A stretch of DNA of 64,000 bases, from assembly GCF_963921235.1 (NCBI RefSeq), contig NC_086109.1, positions 34,474,001 to 34,538,000 on the forward strand, written 5' to 3'. Made by a program: the position numbers and the translations under genes. A model generated the notes under the pieces. The model was not told where the DNA came from and made no database searches. It was given only the letters and a program-made list of their open reading frames with translations. The stretch is from Mobula hypostoma. Lineage: Eukaryota. Each line of letters starts with the position of its first letter. Positions within the stretch are counted from its first letter, which is position 1. Shown piece after piece: positions 1-13,129 of the stretch.

Positions 1-371
1 TGGGAACTTCAATACTAACAGAGCCAATTATTGTATAAATGGCTGTGCCCAAGAAACCTTACTCTATCGATATTTAAAAGGGACAACAGAAGCCAGTGCA
101 ATACTGGATCTCCTTCTAGGAATGAGCTAGGATAAGTGGTGGAAGAGTCTGTAACTGAGCACTTTGACGATAGTTCTATTAGTTTCTAAATAGATATGTA
201 GGAAGATATGACTGGTTCACAGGAAAAGTTCCTGAACTGGAGCAGAGAAAATTTTGGAACCATTAGGCAGGATCTTGCAGTGATTGATTGAGTGAGATTA
301 TTTGCAGGGAAATGATCTTCAGACAGACTAGTTATTAGACCATGACTCTAATAAAGGAAAGATAATTCAGA

Positions 372-593
372 CACAAGAAAATCTGCAGATGCTGGAAATC
401 CAAAGCAACACAGACAAAATGCTGGAGGAACTCAGCGGGCCAGGCAGCATCTATGGAAAAGAGTAAACAGTTGAAGTTTCATGCCGAGATATCAGTCTTC
501 ATGAAGGGACTCAGCCTGAAACGTCCACTGAATACTCTTTTCCATAGCTGCAACCTGACTTGCCGAGTTCCTGCATCGTTTTGTGTGTGTTGC
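372..593. mobile_element. Penelope-terminus-derived hairpin insertion
   Basis: Imperfect inverted arms (aaaatgctggaggaactcagc / gccgagttcctgcatcgtttt). 14-bp TSD aaagataat(t/c)caga at 358-371 and 594-607. Decayed hammerhead core near 494-530. Confidence 0.75.
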
Positions 594-1036
594 AAAGATA
601 ATCCAGAGCCTGAATTAAATATATAGGTTTTGTGCATCTGGACTGGCACTCTCATAAAACAGCATGATCAAAATAATCAGCTGTTATAATTTGCCTATTG
701 TTCTACATTCAAAGTATTCTTCAATTGTGGGGCTTTAGCAATCTTCTTAAGTTTGTTGTATTTTAAACATTTCAATACGTATGCATAGTGTAATTGCAGC
801 TGTTTGGTGATGGATACATCATGTCTTGCTTTTTGTCCCTTTTTAAAATAAAAAAAGCAGCAGATTTACTGATCTTGGAAGTACGAGTAACATCAATAAA
901 CAAAATCACAATTGGGAAAACGTTGGGAAATGCTGTTAATTCCATCACCTGAAAGTAGGTTTAAGGTGCATGTTTGAAGAGAGTGATCCCAAATTTCTCT
1001 GGAAATTTGTCAAGCACATTCTGAGGTTTTACTTGG

Positions 1037-4000
1037 AAACATAGAAAATAGGTGCAGGAGTAGGCCATTCGGCCCTTCAAGCCTGCATAGCCATTCAGTA
1101 TGATCATGGCTGATCATCCAACTCAGAACCCTGTACCTGCCTTGCCCCCACACCCGCTGATCCCTTTAGCCACAAGGGCCACATCTAACTCCCTCTTAAA
1201 TATCGCCAATGAACTGGCCTCAACTGTTTCCTGTGGCAGAGAATTCCACAGATTCACCACTCTCTGTGTGAAGAAGCTTTTCCTAATCTCGGTCCTAAAA
1301 GGCTTCCCCTTTATCCTCAAACTGTGACCCCTCGTTCTGGACTTCCCCAACATTGGGAACAATCTTCCTGCATCTAGCCTGTCCAATTCCTTTAGGATTT
1401 TATGCGTTTCAATAAGATTCCCCCTCAATCTTCTAAATTTCAATGAGTATAAACCTAGTTGATCCAGTTTTTCATCATATGAAAGTCCTGCCATCCCAGG
1501 AATCAATCTGGTGAACCTTCTTTGTACTCCTTCTATGGCAAGGATGTCTTTCCTCAGATTGGGGGACCAAAACTGCACACAATACTCCAGGTGTGGTCTC
1601 ACCGAGGCCTTGTACAACTGCAGTAGTACCTCCCTGCTCCTGTACTCGAATCCTCTCACTATGAATGCCAGCATACCAACATTTGCCTTTTTCACCGTCT
1701 GCTGTACCTGCATGCCCACTTTCAATGACTGGTGTATAATGACACCCAGGTCTCGTTGCACCTCCCCTTTTCCTAATCAGCCACCACTCATATAATAATC
1801 TGTTTTCCTGTTTTTGCCACCAAAGTGGATAACCTCACATTTATCCACATTAAATTGCATCTGCCATGAATTTGCCCACTCACCTAACCTATCCAAGTCA
1901 CCCTGCATCCTCTTAGTATCCTCCTCACAGCTAACACTGCTGCCCAGCTTCGTGTCATCCGCAAACTTGGAGATGCTGCATTTAATTCCCTCATCTAAGT
2001 CATTAATATATATTGTAAACAACTGGGGTCCCAGCACTGAGCCTTGCGGTACCCCACTAGTCACTGCCTGCCATTCTGAAAATGTCCCGTTTATTCCCAC
2101 TCTTTGCTTCCTGTCTGCCAACCAATTCTCTATCCACATCAATATTTACCCCCAATACCGTGTGCTTTAAGTTTGCACACTAATCTCCTGTGTGGAATCT
2201 TGTCAAAAGCCTTTTGAAAATCCAAATATACCACATCCACTGGTTCTCCCCTATCCACTCTACTCGTCACATCCTCAAAAAATTCTATGAGATTCGTCAG
2301 ACATGATTTTCCTTTCACAAATGCATGCTGACTTTGTCCGATGATTTCACCGCTTTCCAAATGTAAACAACAGGAATTCTGCAGATGCTGGAAATTCAAG
2401 CAACACACATCAAAGTTGCTGGTGAACGCAGCAGGCCAGGCAGCATCTATAGGAAGAGGCGCAGTCGACGTTTCAGGCCGAGACCCTCGGCCTGAAACGT
2501 CGACTGCGCCTCTTCCTATAGATGCTGCCTGGCCTGCTGCGTTCACCAGCAACTTTGATGTGTGTTGCTTTCCAAATGTGCTGTTATCACATCTTTGATA
2601 ACTGACTCTAGCATTTTCCCCACCACTGATGTCAGGCTAACCGGTCTATAATTCCCCGGTTTCTCTTTCCCTCCTTTTTTAAAAAGTGGGGTTATATTAG
2701 CCACTCTCCAATCCTCAGGAACTAGTCCAGGATCTAAAGAGTTTTGAAAAATTATCACTAATGCATCCACTATTTCTTGGGCTACTTCCTTAAGTACTCT
2801 GGGATGCAGACCATCTGGCCCTGGGGATTTATCTGCCTTTAATCCCTTCAATTTACCTAACACCACTTCCCTACTAACATGTATTTCCCTCAGTTCCTCC
2901 ATCTCACTGGACCCTCTGTCCCTTACTATTTCCGGAAGATTATTTATGTCCTCCTTAGTGAAGACAGAACCAAAGTAGTTATTCAATTGGTCTGCCGTAT
3001 CCTTTCTCCCCATAATCAATTCACCTGTTTCTGTCTGTAGGGGACCTACATTTGTCTTAACCAATCTTTTTCTTTTCACATATCTATAAAAGCTTTTACA
3101 GTCAGTTTTTATGTTCCCTGCCAATTTTCCCTCATAATACTTTTTCCCCTTCCTAATTAAGCCCTTTGTCCTCCTCTGCTGAACTCTGAATTTCTCCCAG
3201 TCCTCAGGTGAGCCACTTTTTCTGGCTAATTTGTATGCTTCTTCTTTGGAATTGATACTATCCCTGATTTCCCTTGTCAGCCACGGGTGCACTACCTTCC
3301 TTGGTTTATTCTTTTGCTGAACTGGGATGAACAATTGTTGTAGTTCATCCATGCGATCTTTAAATGTTTGCCATTGCATATCCACCGTCAACCCTTTAAG
3401 TGTCATTTGCCAGTCTATCTTAGCTAATTCACGTCTCATACCTTCAAAGTTACCCTTCTTTAAGTTCAGAACCTTTGTTTCTGAATTAACTATGTCACTC
3501 TCCATCTTAATAAAGCATTCCACCATATTATGGTCACTCTTACCCAAGGGGCCTCTCACGACAAGATTGCTAATTAACTCTTCCTCATTGCTTAATACCC
3601 AGTCTAGAATAGCCTGCTCTCTAGTTGGTTCCTCGACCTGTTGGTTCAAAAAACCATCCTGCATGCATTCCGAGAAATCCTCTTCCTCAGCACCTTTACC
3701 AATTTGGTTCACCCAATCTATATGTAGGTTGAAGTCACCCATTATAACTGCTGTTCCTTTATTGCACACTTTTCTAATTTCCTGCTTAATACCATCCCCA
3801 ACCTCACTACTACTGTTAGGTGGCCTGTACACAACTCCCACCAGCGTTTTCTGCCCCTTAGTGTTATGCAGCTCTACCCATATCGATTCCACATCCTCCC
3901 GGCTAATGTCCTTCCTTTCTATTGCATTAATCTCCTCTCTAACCGGCAATGCTACCCCACCTTCTTTTCTTTCATGTCTATCCCTCCTGAATATTGAATA

Positions 4001-4985
4001 TCCCTGAATGTTGAACTCCCATCCCTGGTCACCCTGGAGCCATGTCTCTGTGATCCCAACTATATCGTATTCATTAATAACAATCTGCACTTTTAATTCA
4101 TCCACCTTGTTACGAATGCTCCTTGCATTGACACACAAAGCCTTCAGGCTCGCTTTTACAACACTCTTAGTCCTTATACAATTATGTTGAAAAGTGACCC
4201 TTTTTGATTTTTGCCCTAGATTTGCCGGCCTGCCACTTTTACTTTTCACCTTACTACTTTTTGCTTCTACCCTCATTTTACACCCTCTGTCTCTCTGCAC
4301 TGGTTCCCATCCCCCTGTTGCGAACTAACCTCCTCTCGCCTAACCTCTTTAATTTGATTCCCAGCCCCCATCCATTCTAGTTTAAGGTCACCTCAGTAGC
4401 CCTCGCAAATCTCCCTGCCAGGATATTGGTCCCCCTAGGATTCAAGTGTAACCCGTCCTTTTTGTACAGGTCACGCCTGCGCCAAAAGCGGTCCCAATGA
4501 TCCAAAGACTTGAATCCCTGCCCCCTGCTCCAATCCCTCAGCCACGCATTTATCCTCCACCTCATTGCATTCCTACTCTCACTGTCGCGTGGCACAGGCA
4601 GTAATCCCGAGATTACTACCTTTGCGGTCCTTTTTCTCAACTCCCTTCCTAACTCCCTATATTCTTCTTTCAGGACCTCTTCCCTTTTCCTACCTATGTC
4701 ACTGATACCTATATGTACCATGACCTTTGGCTCCTCACCCTCCCACTTCAGGATATCTTGGACGCTATCAGAAATATCCTGGACCCTGGCACCAGGGAGG
4801 CAAACTACCATCCGGGTCTCTGGACTGCGTCCACAGAATCGCCTATCTGACCCCCTTACTATCGAGTCCCTTATTACAACTGCCCTCCTCTTCCTTTCCC
4901 TACCCTTCTGAGCTACAGGGCTGGACTCTGTGCCAGAGGCACGGCCACTGTCGCTTCCCCCAGGTAAGCTGTCCCCCCCAACAGT
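1037..4985 (-). mobile_element. CR1-clade LINE, near full length (ORF1 SGNH esterase + ORF2 endonuclease/RT), disrupted
   Basis: ORF1 4377-~4985 (DSIVRG...LPGARV...DGLHLN). ORF2 pieces: 2543-4300 (NARS, ITETW, GDFN, SDH, PGPDG, YRPVSLT), YLDFQKAFD, GVPQGSVLGP, FADD, RRLRG. 3' tail ends near 1037. Broken by a hairpin insertion and frameshifts. Confidence 0.93.
2365..2566. mobile_element. Perfect-hairpin Penelope-terminus insertion inside CR1 ORF2
   Basis: 85-bp perfect inverted arms at 2398-2482 and 2486-2570 with an acc loop. 13-bp TSD gctttccaaatgt at 2352-2364 and 2567-2579. Removing it rejoins ORF2 ...ITAHLES|GEIIGQSQH... Confidence 0.9.
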
Positions 4986-6050
4986 AACTTCTCGGGAATC
5001 TCTAGCTAGGAAATGTGAAAGTGCTGCAGCTGTCCTGCAATTATGTTGGGAAGTCAGGTTACTGTGCCAGGTTAGATCAGGTGAAAGAAGAGCAAACTCA
5101 TTCATTTGACTAGAGGGGAATAACTATGCAGGACCCGTATAAGTGCAAATTTAGTTACATTTTTTAAGCAAATAGAATGGGCTCACTTATTGTTAATGGT
5201 TGAAAGTTTTTAAAGTTCTCCAAAAAAAACTGTAAAAATATATCCTTAATTGCTTCACTGATTTGTAAGAATTTCAAATATTTTTGATCATCAGTCATGT
5301 TCAGAGCCACCCAAATCAGTTCAAAGTTCAAAGTACTTTGTATTATTTTCAGAGCCACCCAAAATGCTAACAAATGTGACTGCTTGAGAGGGGAGATAAA
5401 GCTTAGGCAGCTGTTAAATGTTTTCCTAAATTGTTTGAGGGTGTGACACACTACACAAGGCCTCATCTTTTCAGGCAGCAATAACATTGATGGATTTGGG
5501 GAAGGTAAGTTTGAACTTGTGTGCGGGCTGTTCATCATTGGCTGTGAGATCTTGTCTGAAATCCTTCTAGAAGTATTAGGATCTAAAGGAGATAGAGGTG
5601 GCCTTCTATTATTAAAGATCATAGTATGCATACAAGTGAAGTTTAGAGTAGTAATCACTATTCCAGAGATAGTATGTGTGAAATCAATACTGTCACAGCA
5701 GGGAAGATGTTATGTATTTCCTTCGACTGAATTCGAAACTGGTAAATTGTTAAATTGATTTATTGTTGTCATGTATAATGAAGTTCTGTAAAAATCTTGG
5801 GACTGGAGTTGCACATTCATACCTTAGTTGGGAATGTCCACAGAAAACTGAGACAATGCAATGTGAATATATTCTTTAATCCAGTGCTTTACATTATTTC
5901 ATAAGCAATTCAATATGAAATGCCACTCTTGGCTAATGGAATAAACAAGGGCCGATACCAATAACCTCTCCAGAGTTTAGAAATGCCAACAGAAGTAACA
6001 GGGAATGAAGTGAGGACTTATTAGGGAGCTGCTGTTCAGTCCTTTGGGCT

Positions 6051-6962
6051 TAGAAACATAGAAAATAGGTGCAGGAGTAGGCCATTCGGCCCTTCGAGCC
6101 TGCACCGCCATTCAGTATGATCATGGCTGATCATCCAACTCAGAACCCTGTACCAGTCTTCCCCCCATACCCCCTGATCCCTTTAGCCACAAGGGCCATA
6201 TCTTAAATATCGCCAATGAACTGGCCTCAACTGTTTCCTGTGGTAGAGAATTCCACAGATTCACCACTCTCTGTGTGAAGAAGCTTTTCCTAATCTCGGT
6301 CCTAAAAGGCTTCCCCTTTATCCTCAAACTGTGACCCCTCGTTCTGGACTTCCCCAACATCGGGAACAATCTTCCTGCATCTAGCCTGTCCAATCCCTTT
6401 AGGATTTTATACGTTTCAATAAGATACCCCCTCAATCTTCTAAATTCCAACTAGGATAAACCTAGTCGATCCAGTCTTTCATCATATGAAAGTCCTGCCA
6501 TCCCAGGAATCAATCTGGTGAACCTTCTTTGTACTCCCTCTATGGCAAGAATGTCTTTCCTCAGATTAGGGGACCAAAACTGCACACAATACTCCAGGTG
6601 TGGTCTCACCAAGGCCTTGTACAACTGCAGTAGTACCTCCCTGTTCCTGTACTCGAATCCTCTTGCTATGAATGCCAGCATACCGTTCGCCTTTTTCACC
6701 GTCTGCTGTACCTGCATGCCCACTTTCAATGACTGGTGTATAATGACACCCAGGTCTCGTTGCACCTCCCCTTTTCCTAATCGGTCACCATTCAGAGAAT
6801 AATCTGTTTTCCTGTTCTTGCCACCAAAGTGGATAACCTTACATTTATCCACATTAAATTGCATCTGCCATGAATTTGCCCACTCACCTAACCTATCCAA
6901 GTCACCCTGCATCCTCTTAGCATCCTCCTCAGAGCTACACTGCTGCCCAGCTTCGTTTCATC
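6051..6962 (-). mobile_element. 5'-truncated CR1 LINE, same subfamily as 1037-4985
   Basis: Nearly identical to 1037-1960; RT C-terminal ORFs 6451-6912 and 6121-6450. Confidence 0.92.
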
Positions 6963-7180
6963 TTCATCTTTGATCGCATCTGATCAATTTCCTAATATCC
7001 TAATTGTTCCTACTGTTCTTGCTTTGGTAGCTCATAATGACACTGAGAAATATCCTGTTGCTGTAGTAAAATAGATCATTCCAGCTAGCTGTTCTTTATC
7101 ATCTCATTACACCTGGCCCAGAAGTGTAGAACAGTGAGAGTTTTGGATATTTTCTTTAAAAAAAGGTTCAAAGGTTCGTT

Positions 7181-7318
7181 AACAAGAGAAATCTACAGAT
7201 GCTGGAAACAAGCCACAGCAGGAGTCCTGCAGAAGGGTCTTGGCCTGAGATCTCAACTGTACTTTTTTTGCATAGATGCTGCCTGGTCTGCTGAGTTCCT
7301 CCAGCATTTTGTGTGTGT
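7181..7318. mobile_element. Degenerate Penelope-terminus insertion
   Basis: aacaagagaaatctacagatgctggaaa terminus plus an inverted arm. TSD ttcaaaggttc(g/a)tt at 7167-7180 and 7319-7332. Confidence 0.65.
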
Positions 7319-10300
7319 TTCAAAGGTTCATTTATTATCAAAATACTCTAAGATTCTTCTTCTACAGATAGCCATGAAACACTGGAAAAACCATGGAAGT
7401 AAGTTCAAAAAGAAACAGCAAACTCACGCCTGCCACACAAAAAATGAATGGCAACACAATCAGGATCCCCCTTCCCCACACCAAATGATGTGATTAAGAT
7501 CAGAGACTATGAATTTAATAATGCCTCACACTTGCTTCACATTTGTAGTACAGAAAATGCTGCAAAATAAATAGCAGAATGAGAAATTTAGGGAAGGGGC
7601 GTCACTCGGTAACACGTGAAATGAAAAATTTGCAAAACCACTGAATATTTGCAGTAGCTATTTGAAAATGAGGAATGTAAAGTCACACCAAAGGCATTTT
7701 TGCAGAGTTCTACAAAGGTAAGAACAATGCTTAAAAGTTGGACCCAGGGATGAAGGGAGAGGTTTACGGTTTATGAGCTGGTGTAAGGGCTTTAAGACAT
7801 TGAAATAACAGGGTGGAGTGAAGAATTTATAAACAAAGGCGAAATTTTGAAATCAGTTGTTTGGAGGAAACCCAACTACTAGTGATCTGCAAGTAAATAG
7901 ATAAATGTCGGTTAAAACCCTGCATTGTTTGGTGAGAATGGCTTGGGACTCTTTAAAAGATAAAATTTTTGCCTGCTGAACTGAAGTGGTAGTGGGAAAT
8001 ATGTATTGATCTACTCATTAATGTTACCTATGGGACATCTTCCTTGAGTGACGGCGCATCCACCTCTGTCAGGAGCTAAAGAATTATAGCTCAGATTGTA
8101 ATCCTATATATTTAGGAGATCCTTAGCCATATTCAGAGGCAATCAGGCAGTTCAATTACCCTGTGTATCTAGGCCAGCATTGCCCAGCAAAACTAAAGTT
8201 CTTAAGTAGGGCTACGAGGAGCAATTATGTTTCCCTTGTCTTCACTAGAGTAATGATGGCACCCAATTACCTGGACATCTACTGACATCTCCATAATTGT
8301 TGTGACGTTGCTTGTGGGAGCTTGTGAGCAAATTGGCTGGTGTGTTTTCCTGTATGTGGTGATTATGCTTTGAAAGTACTCAGTTGATGTCAATTATGTA
8401 CTTTTAAAAGTGTATAAGCAAGCTTGGAGGTATGGGTTGTTCCACAGATGTGGTAGAAATTAATACGAAGTTTGGTTTGGGAAGAACACTGAGTATATGC
8501 TTTTAAGTGAGATGCTTAGATAAAATGAAGTTATGGAGCTTTTAATGATAGCAATTTAAATTGCCTCCAGTCTTGCCACTTTGATGTCAGGACAAGTTCT
8601 GATTCATTTGCGTAATGTTCATTCAGCAGCTGCCTGGAACAGCCATTTCATTGATGCATTGGTATGAAGGTGGAGCCCAAAGCTGTTAGACCCTAATTGT
8701 ACACAGTTTCTTTGATAATATTACACAATGCTTGCAGATTAGGAGAACGAGAAAACCAGGGATGGATCACTTGGGTGTAATGATCACTGAGAAGTGGAAC
8801 ATCAGGGAGAATCAACACAACAGCCATGCGGACACTGGAGATAGTGGCTAAAGAAACCTTGCAATTGGAACCAAGATGTAAACAATCTGTGGAATTGAAG
8901 AAGGATTGATAAATGCAGTCTTTTGTTCTCCCAGTTTTAATTCAATATTTTTCCACTTGGAACTTTAAATGTGTAGTTCTAGAAACCCTAGTGTGGAAAA
9001 TTGGTGCACCTTCTGGTGAAGTTTTTTGTAGTTTAAGCTAAATAAGGATGATTCAGTTTCAGGGTAGATTGAAGTGTTCACACCTGTGAAGGAGTAGATT
9101 GAAATCCTGTTTATAATGGCACTTATTTGGACCACAAGATATAAGACATAGGAGCAAAATTAAGCTACTTGGCCCTTCAAGTCTGCTTTGAACATTTGAT
9201 CATGGCTGATTTCTTTTCCCTCTCAACCCCATTTTCCTGCCCTCACCCCTTACCTTTGACACCCTTACTAATTAAGTACTTAGCTTTAAATATATTCAAA
9301 TGACTTGACTCTGCTCTAAGGATTTGTAAAGTATATAGATGATAATTGCTTGAAACATGCTGTTCTAAAGTACTGTTTAGTCAGTCTCAAGTGAAACACA
9401 TCTCATTGCTTGCGGTCATTTTTATCTCTCCGTCACCTCAGCTTGTAGCAACTTTTGAAGAATATATCTCAATCTCTGCAAAAGATATCAATCCATATAA
9501 TCACAGACTAAGGAATCAGGCCCTTTGGCCCATTAAGTCCATGCTGACCATTGAGCACTCGGTTAAGCTAAAGACACTTTATTTGCACATTTCCATCAAC
9601 ACTATTTACTATTTGTCTATACATTGAGTATTACTTACATTAGCCAATTGGGATGTGAGAGGAAATGGTATTTCACGCAATGACAGGAAGAATGTGTAAA
9701 CTCCACGGGGATGAGGATCGAACTGGGTCACTGAAGCTTTGAGGGCAGCAGCTACAGTGCTTCTACAAATGTAACACAATCACATTGATTTACACACCTC
9801 AGAAAGAAGCCCAATTCTAATCAATATAGAGATGCTTAAATATTCCAAATAGTATTTCATGTTGTTGGTAACCTGTTTGTAAATGGGAACACACAGCCTG
9901 GTCAAGGGCTTTGATTAATGCTTTCTTCAACACCGTGATAATATATTTGTAAAAGTTGAAGCAACACTGTATAGAACTACAGATGAAGCCTTAAAAAGAG
10001 CAGGCAATAAGTACCTGATGGAACAATTTCATCGTTGCATGAAATCAAAAATGAATTGTGTCTCACCATATCTCATTGAGTCACACATAAAAATCAAGCG
10101 GCTGTCATGCTGTTCATAGGGATTAATTCCTGCTCCTATTTCTAAATAAGATCAACTAACAGATAACATGTTAAACTGAGGGCTCAGCTACCTTCTCAAG
10201 TGGATATAAAATATTTCACGTCACTGTTCAGTTTTGAATTCCTGATTAATGCTCCTCCCTTGAATAATACATGTTCATCTGTTTATTTGAAATGTTAATC

Positions 10301-10537
10301 ATGTTTTTTCTCACAGATGCTGCCTGACCTTCTGATAGTTTCCAGTATTTTCTGTCTTTAGTACCTAGCATCAGTATTTTGCTTTTAATCTGCACACACG
10401 TTCATTGACTGTTTGTGCACCTGGCTGCCATGTTTCCTTGCCCAACAGCAGGAACTCACATTTACTCCTTTTATTTTTCACTGTGCATTGTAAGGAGTGG
10501 CAAAGTTGAAATCTCTGTTGCATTCTTTTGTTTGTAG

Positions 10538-10720
10538 GCTGAGGCCAGTGAAGGAGATGCCAGCACCTTCGGAATACATGAACATGGAGGAGTTTGAAGA
10601 TGAAGTTTGGCTAATCTGGACAGACAAAACTAATGAAGTTCAGGAGAAGAGCATCAGGATGCTTGCTCAAGAGGCAAGAAATGGCAATGTTCATGATCAG
10701 AATATCTTGACCTACTACAG
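10538..10720 (+). CDS. ITPR3: IP3 receptor (ITPR3-like) internal coding exon, 1st in window (183 nt, phase 2-2)
   Basis: tttgtag acceptor and gtaatg donor. Encodes LRPVKEM...EVWLIWTDKTNEVQEKSIRMLAQEARNGNVHDQNILTYYR, matching recalled human ITPR3 LRPVKEM...EVWLTWTDKNNEHHEKSVRQLAQEARAGNAHDENVLSYYR. Confidence 0.9.
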
Positions 10721-10839
10721 GTAATGAGCAAACAGCTTATTGATAGAAGGGGTATTACTGACTAGTATAGATCAATCTAATTGCCTGGTATAGATCAATT
10801 GTTTTTTTGTTGTCATTATATTCCAGGACAGTACTTTAT

Positions 10840-12480
10840 AGAGACGTGGAGCACTGCCCTGACACAGACCCTTCGTCTAACCGGTCCATGGCCACCCAGA
10901 CAGTACCAACTTCCTGTATTCAGCTTATGCCCTTCTGAGCCCCGCCCCTCCATGTACCCATCCAAGCAATGCTTAAATTGTACCGTTATACCTGCCTCAA
11001 CCACTTCCTTCGGCAGCTCCTTCGATACACTCACCACCCTCTGTGTGAAAAAGCTGTCCCTCACTTGTGCTTTAAATTTTTCCGTTCTCACTCTAAACCT
11101 GTACCTCATGGTTTTGACTCCTTTATCCTGTGGGAAAAGTTTGCCATCATCCACGGTACCTATGCTTTTGGTAATCTTAAGCACTTGCAAAAGGTCATCC
11201 CTTATTCAGCAGTGGAATGAAATAAAGATGTAACCTGCCCAATCTCTCCCTATAACTCAGGCTCCCTAGTACTGGCAGCATCCTAAGATCTAAGATCTAA
11301 GATCTTCCCTGAACTCTTTCCAGTTTAACCACATCTTTCCAACAGCAGATAACCACCATCCACCTGTGATGCAAATATATGTTCGTTCTGCTAGGTCCCT
11401 CTGTTCTATCACACTCCATCTCCCTACCTTTCAAAGTAAAATTTTATTTTATTTGAATTTAGAGATACAGGCCCTTCCAGTTCACCGGCCTGCACCACCT
11501 TGCAACCCGTTGATTTAACCCTATCCTATTCACAAGACAATTTACAATGAGCAGTTAATCTATGAACCAGTATGTCTTTGGATTGTGGGAGGAATCCAAA
11601 GCACCCAGAGGAAACCACGTGCTCATGGGAAGGACGTACAAACTTTCTTTCGGAGGACGTTGGATCTGAGCTCTGAACTCCACTGCCCCGAAAAGTAATA
11701 GTGTCATGTTAACCACTACACTACCATAGCGCTCGAAGTCTGACTCCAGTTTGACTTTGTAAAATGCATTACATACACTTACATATATTGAAATCCATTT
11801 GTCACTCCTCTACCTACTTTGCTAACTGATCGAGCACTTCCGAATTTCATGTTATCCACAAATTTCCTGATGCAGTCTTGTGAATTTTCACCCAAGCCAT
11901 TTCTTTAAATAACACATAACAAGGATCTCACACTGACCCAAGCAGCACACCAATGGTCACTGACCTCCCTTCCGAGAAACAACCTTCAATCACCATCCAC
12001 TGCAACGCACACAAAATGCTGGAGGAGCTTAGCAGGCCAGGCCTTTTCAGTCCTGATGAAGTGTCTCAGCCCAAAACTTCAACTGTTTACTCTTTCCCAT
12101 AGATTCTTCCTGGCCTGCTGAGTTCCTCCAGCATTTTGTGTGTGTTGCTTTGGATTTCCAGCATCTGCGGATTTTCTCATGTTTTCAATCACCACTCTTC
12201 TCCAAGCCAGTTTTGACTCCATCTAAATACAGTTCCTTCGATTCCATGGGACCTGACTTTCCAGAACAGCCTTTTGTAGAGGATCTCATTGAAGTCCTTG
12301 CTAAAGTCCAGATAGACAACATCCACTATCCTGTCGTCATCTACACTTTTGGTTACCTCTTCAAACTCCTCTGAAAGTTTTGGTGTGAATAATTTTCCAT
12401 GCACGAATCCATGCTGACTCTTTATCAGACTGGGTCTCTTCAAATGCCGGTAGGTCCTGTCCCTCAGAACTCCCTGCATC
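10840..12480 (-). mobile_element. Old CR1 LINE fragments with nested SINE (~11500-11732) and hairpin insertion
   Basis: ORFs 10816-11190 (FFTQRVV) and 12189-12479 (QHGF...VYLDFSK). Confidence 0.75.
12002..12183. mobile_element. Penelope-terminus hairpin insertion (opposite orientation to 372-593)
   Basis: Inverted arms; decayed hammerhead agtc-CTGATGA...ccc-aaaac near 12048-12085. TSD ttcaatcacca at 11985-11995 and 12184-12194. Confidence 0.75.
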
Positions 12481-13129
12481 CATGAAGAGCATTATGTAAA
12501 ACTGAATAATTAATACTTCCTGTACTTTTGGAAGATGTTGGATCCTAATATTTTTAATCCAAGATTTTTTTGGAAGTCTGGAAAGAGGCAGAAAACTTGT
12601 TGCTTCATAATTATTTTATTAAGCATTGATACAACAAAAATAATTGAAAAATAGTCAGTGACAGGAGCAGAAGCTTGAAGCAGAACGGAGAGAGAAGCAA
12701 ACAGATGGTGAAACTTTGTGCTCAGCTCTTTTTTATACCCTATGCATAAGGAGCATTCTATTCAAATCCACAGATAAGAGTTAACGGATTAGATAGCCAC
12801 TATTCAAATCATGCAGCACCAGAGAAGCTTCCAGAGCTTTCCAGAATCATACAAATGCATCCACTAGAGGACACATTGAGAAACTACTTCAGTGTGGCCA
12901 CAAGGAATCATACTAAAGAGTTTCATGTACGGTATATAAGTAGTTATAAAAATATTAGCTGGCAATTAATTATAAAACTGCAAAGAAAATAATAATAAAC
13001 CATCCAATCCAACAATTCCCCTCCTCATTGATTCTAAATCCCACATTTAGAATCATTGCATCTGAAAATTCAGAGGCAGAAAAGCTTGTGCTATCTATAA
13101 TAGGTATAAAATAACCCTAGTCTAGCTAA

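Noticed and set aside
1100..4987. Plus-strand ORFs such as 3327-4007, 1814-2170 and 4510-4911
   Set aside because: Antisense shadows of CR1 ORF1/ORF2 with no independent protein features.
1..10537. Search for the preceding ITPR exon (expected to resemble ...PVTQELICK...DILI)
   Set aside because: Not found by eye; probably upstream of the window.
11283..11305. (ctaagat)x3 short tandem repeat
   Set aside because: Local slippage in a decayed CR1; no sign of function.
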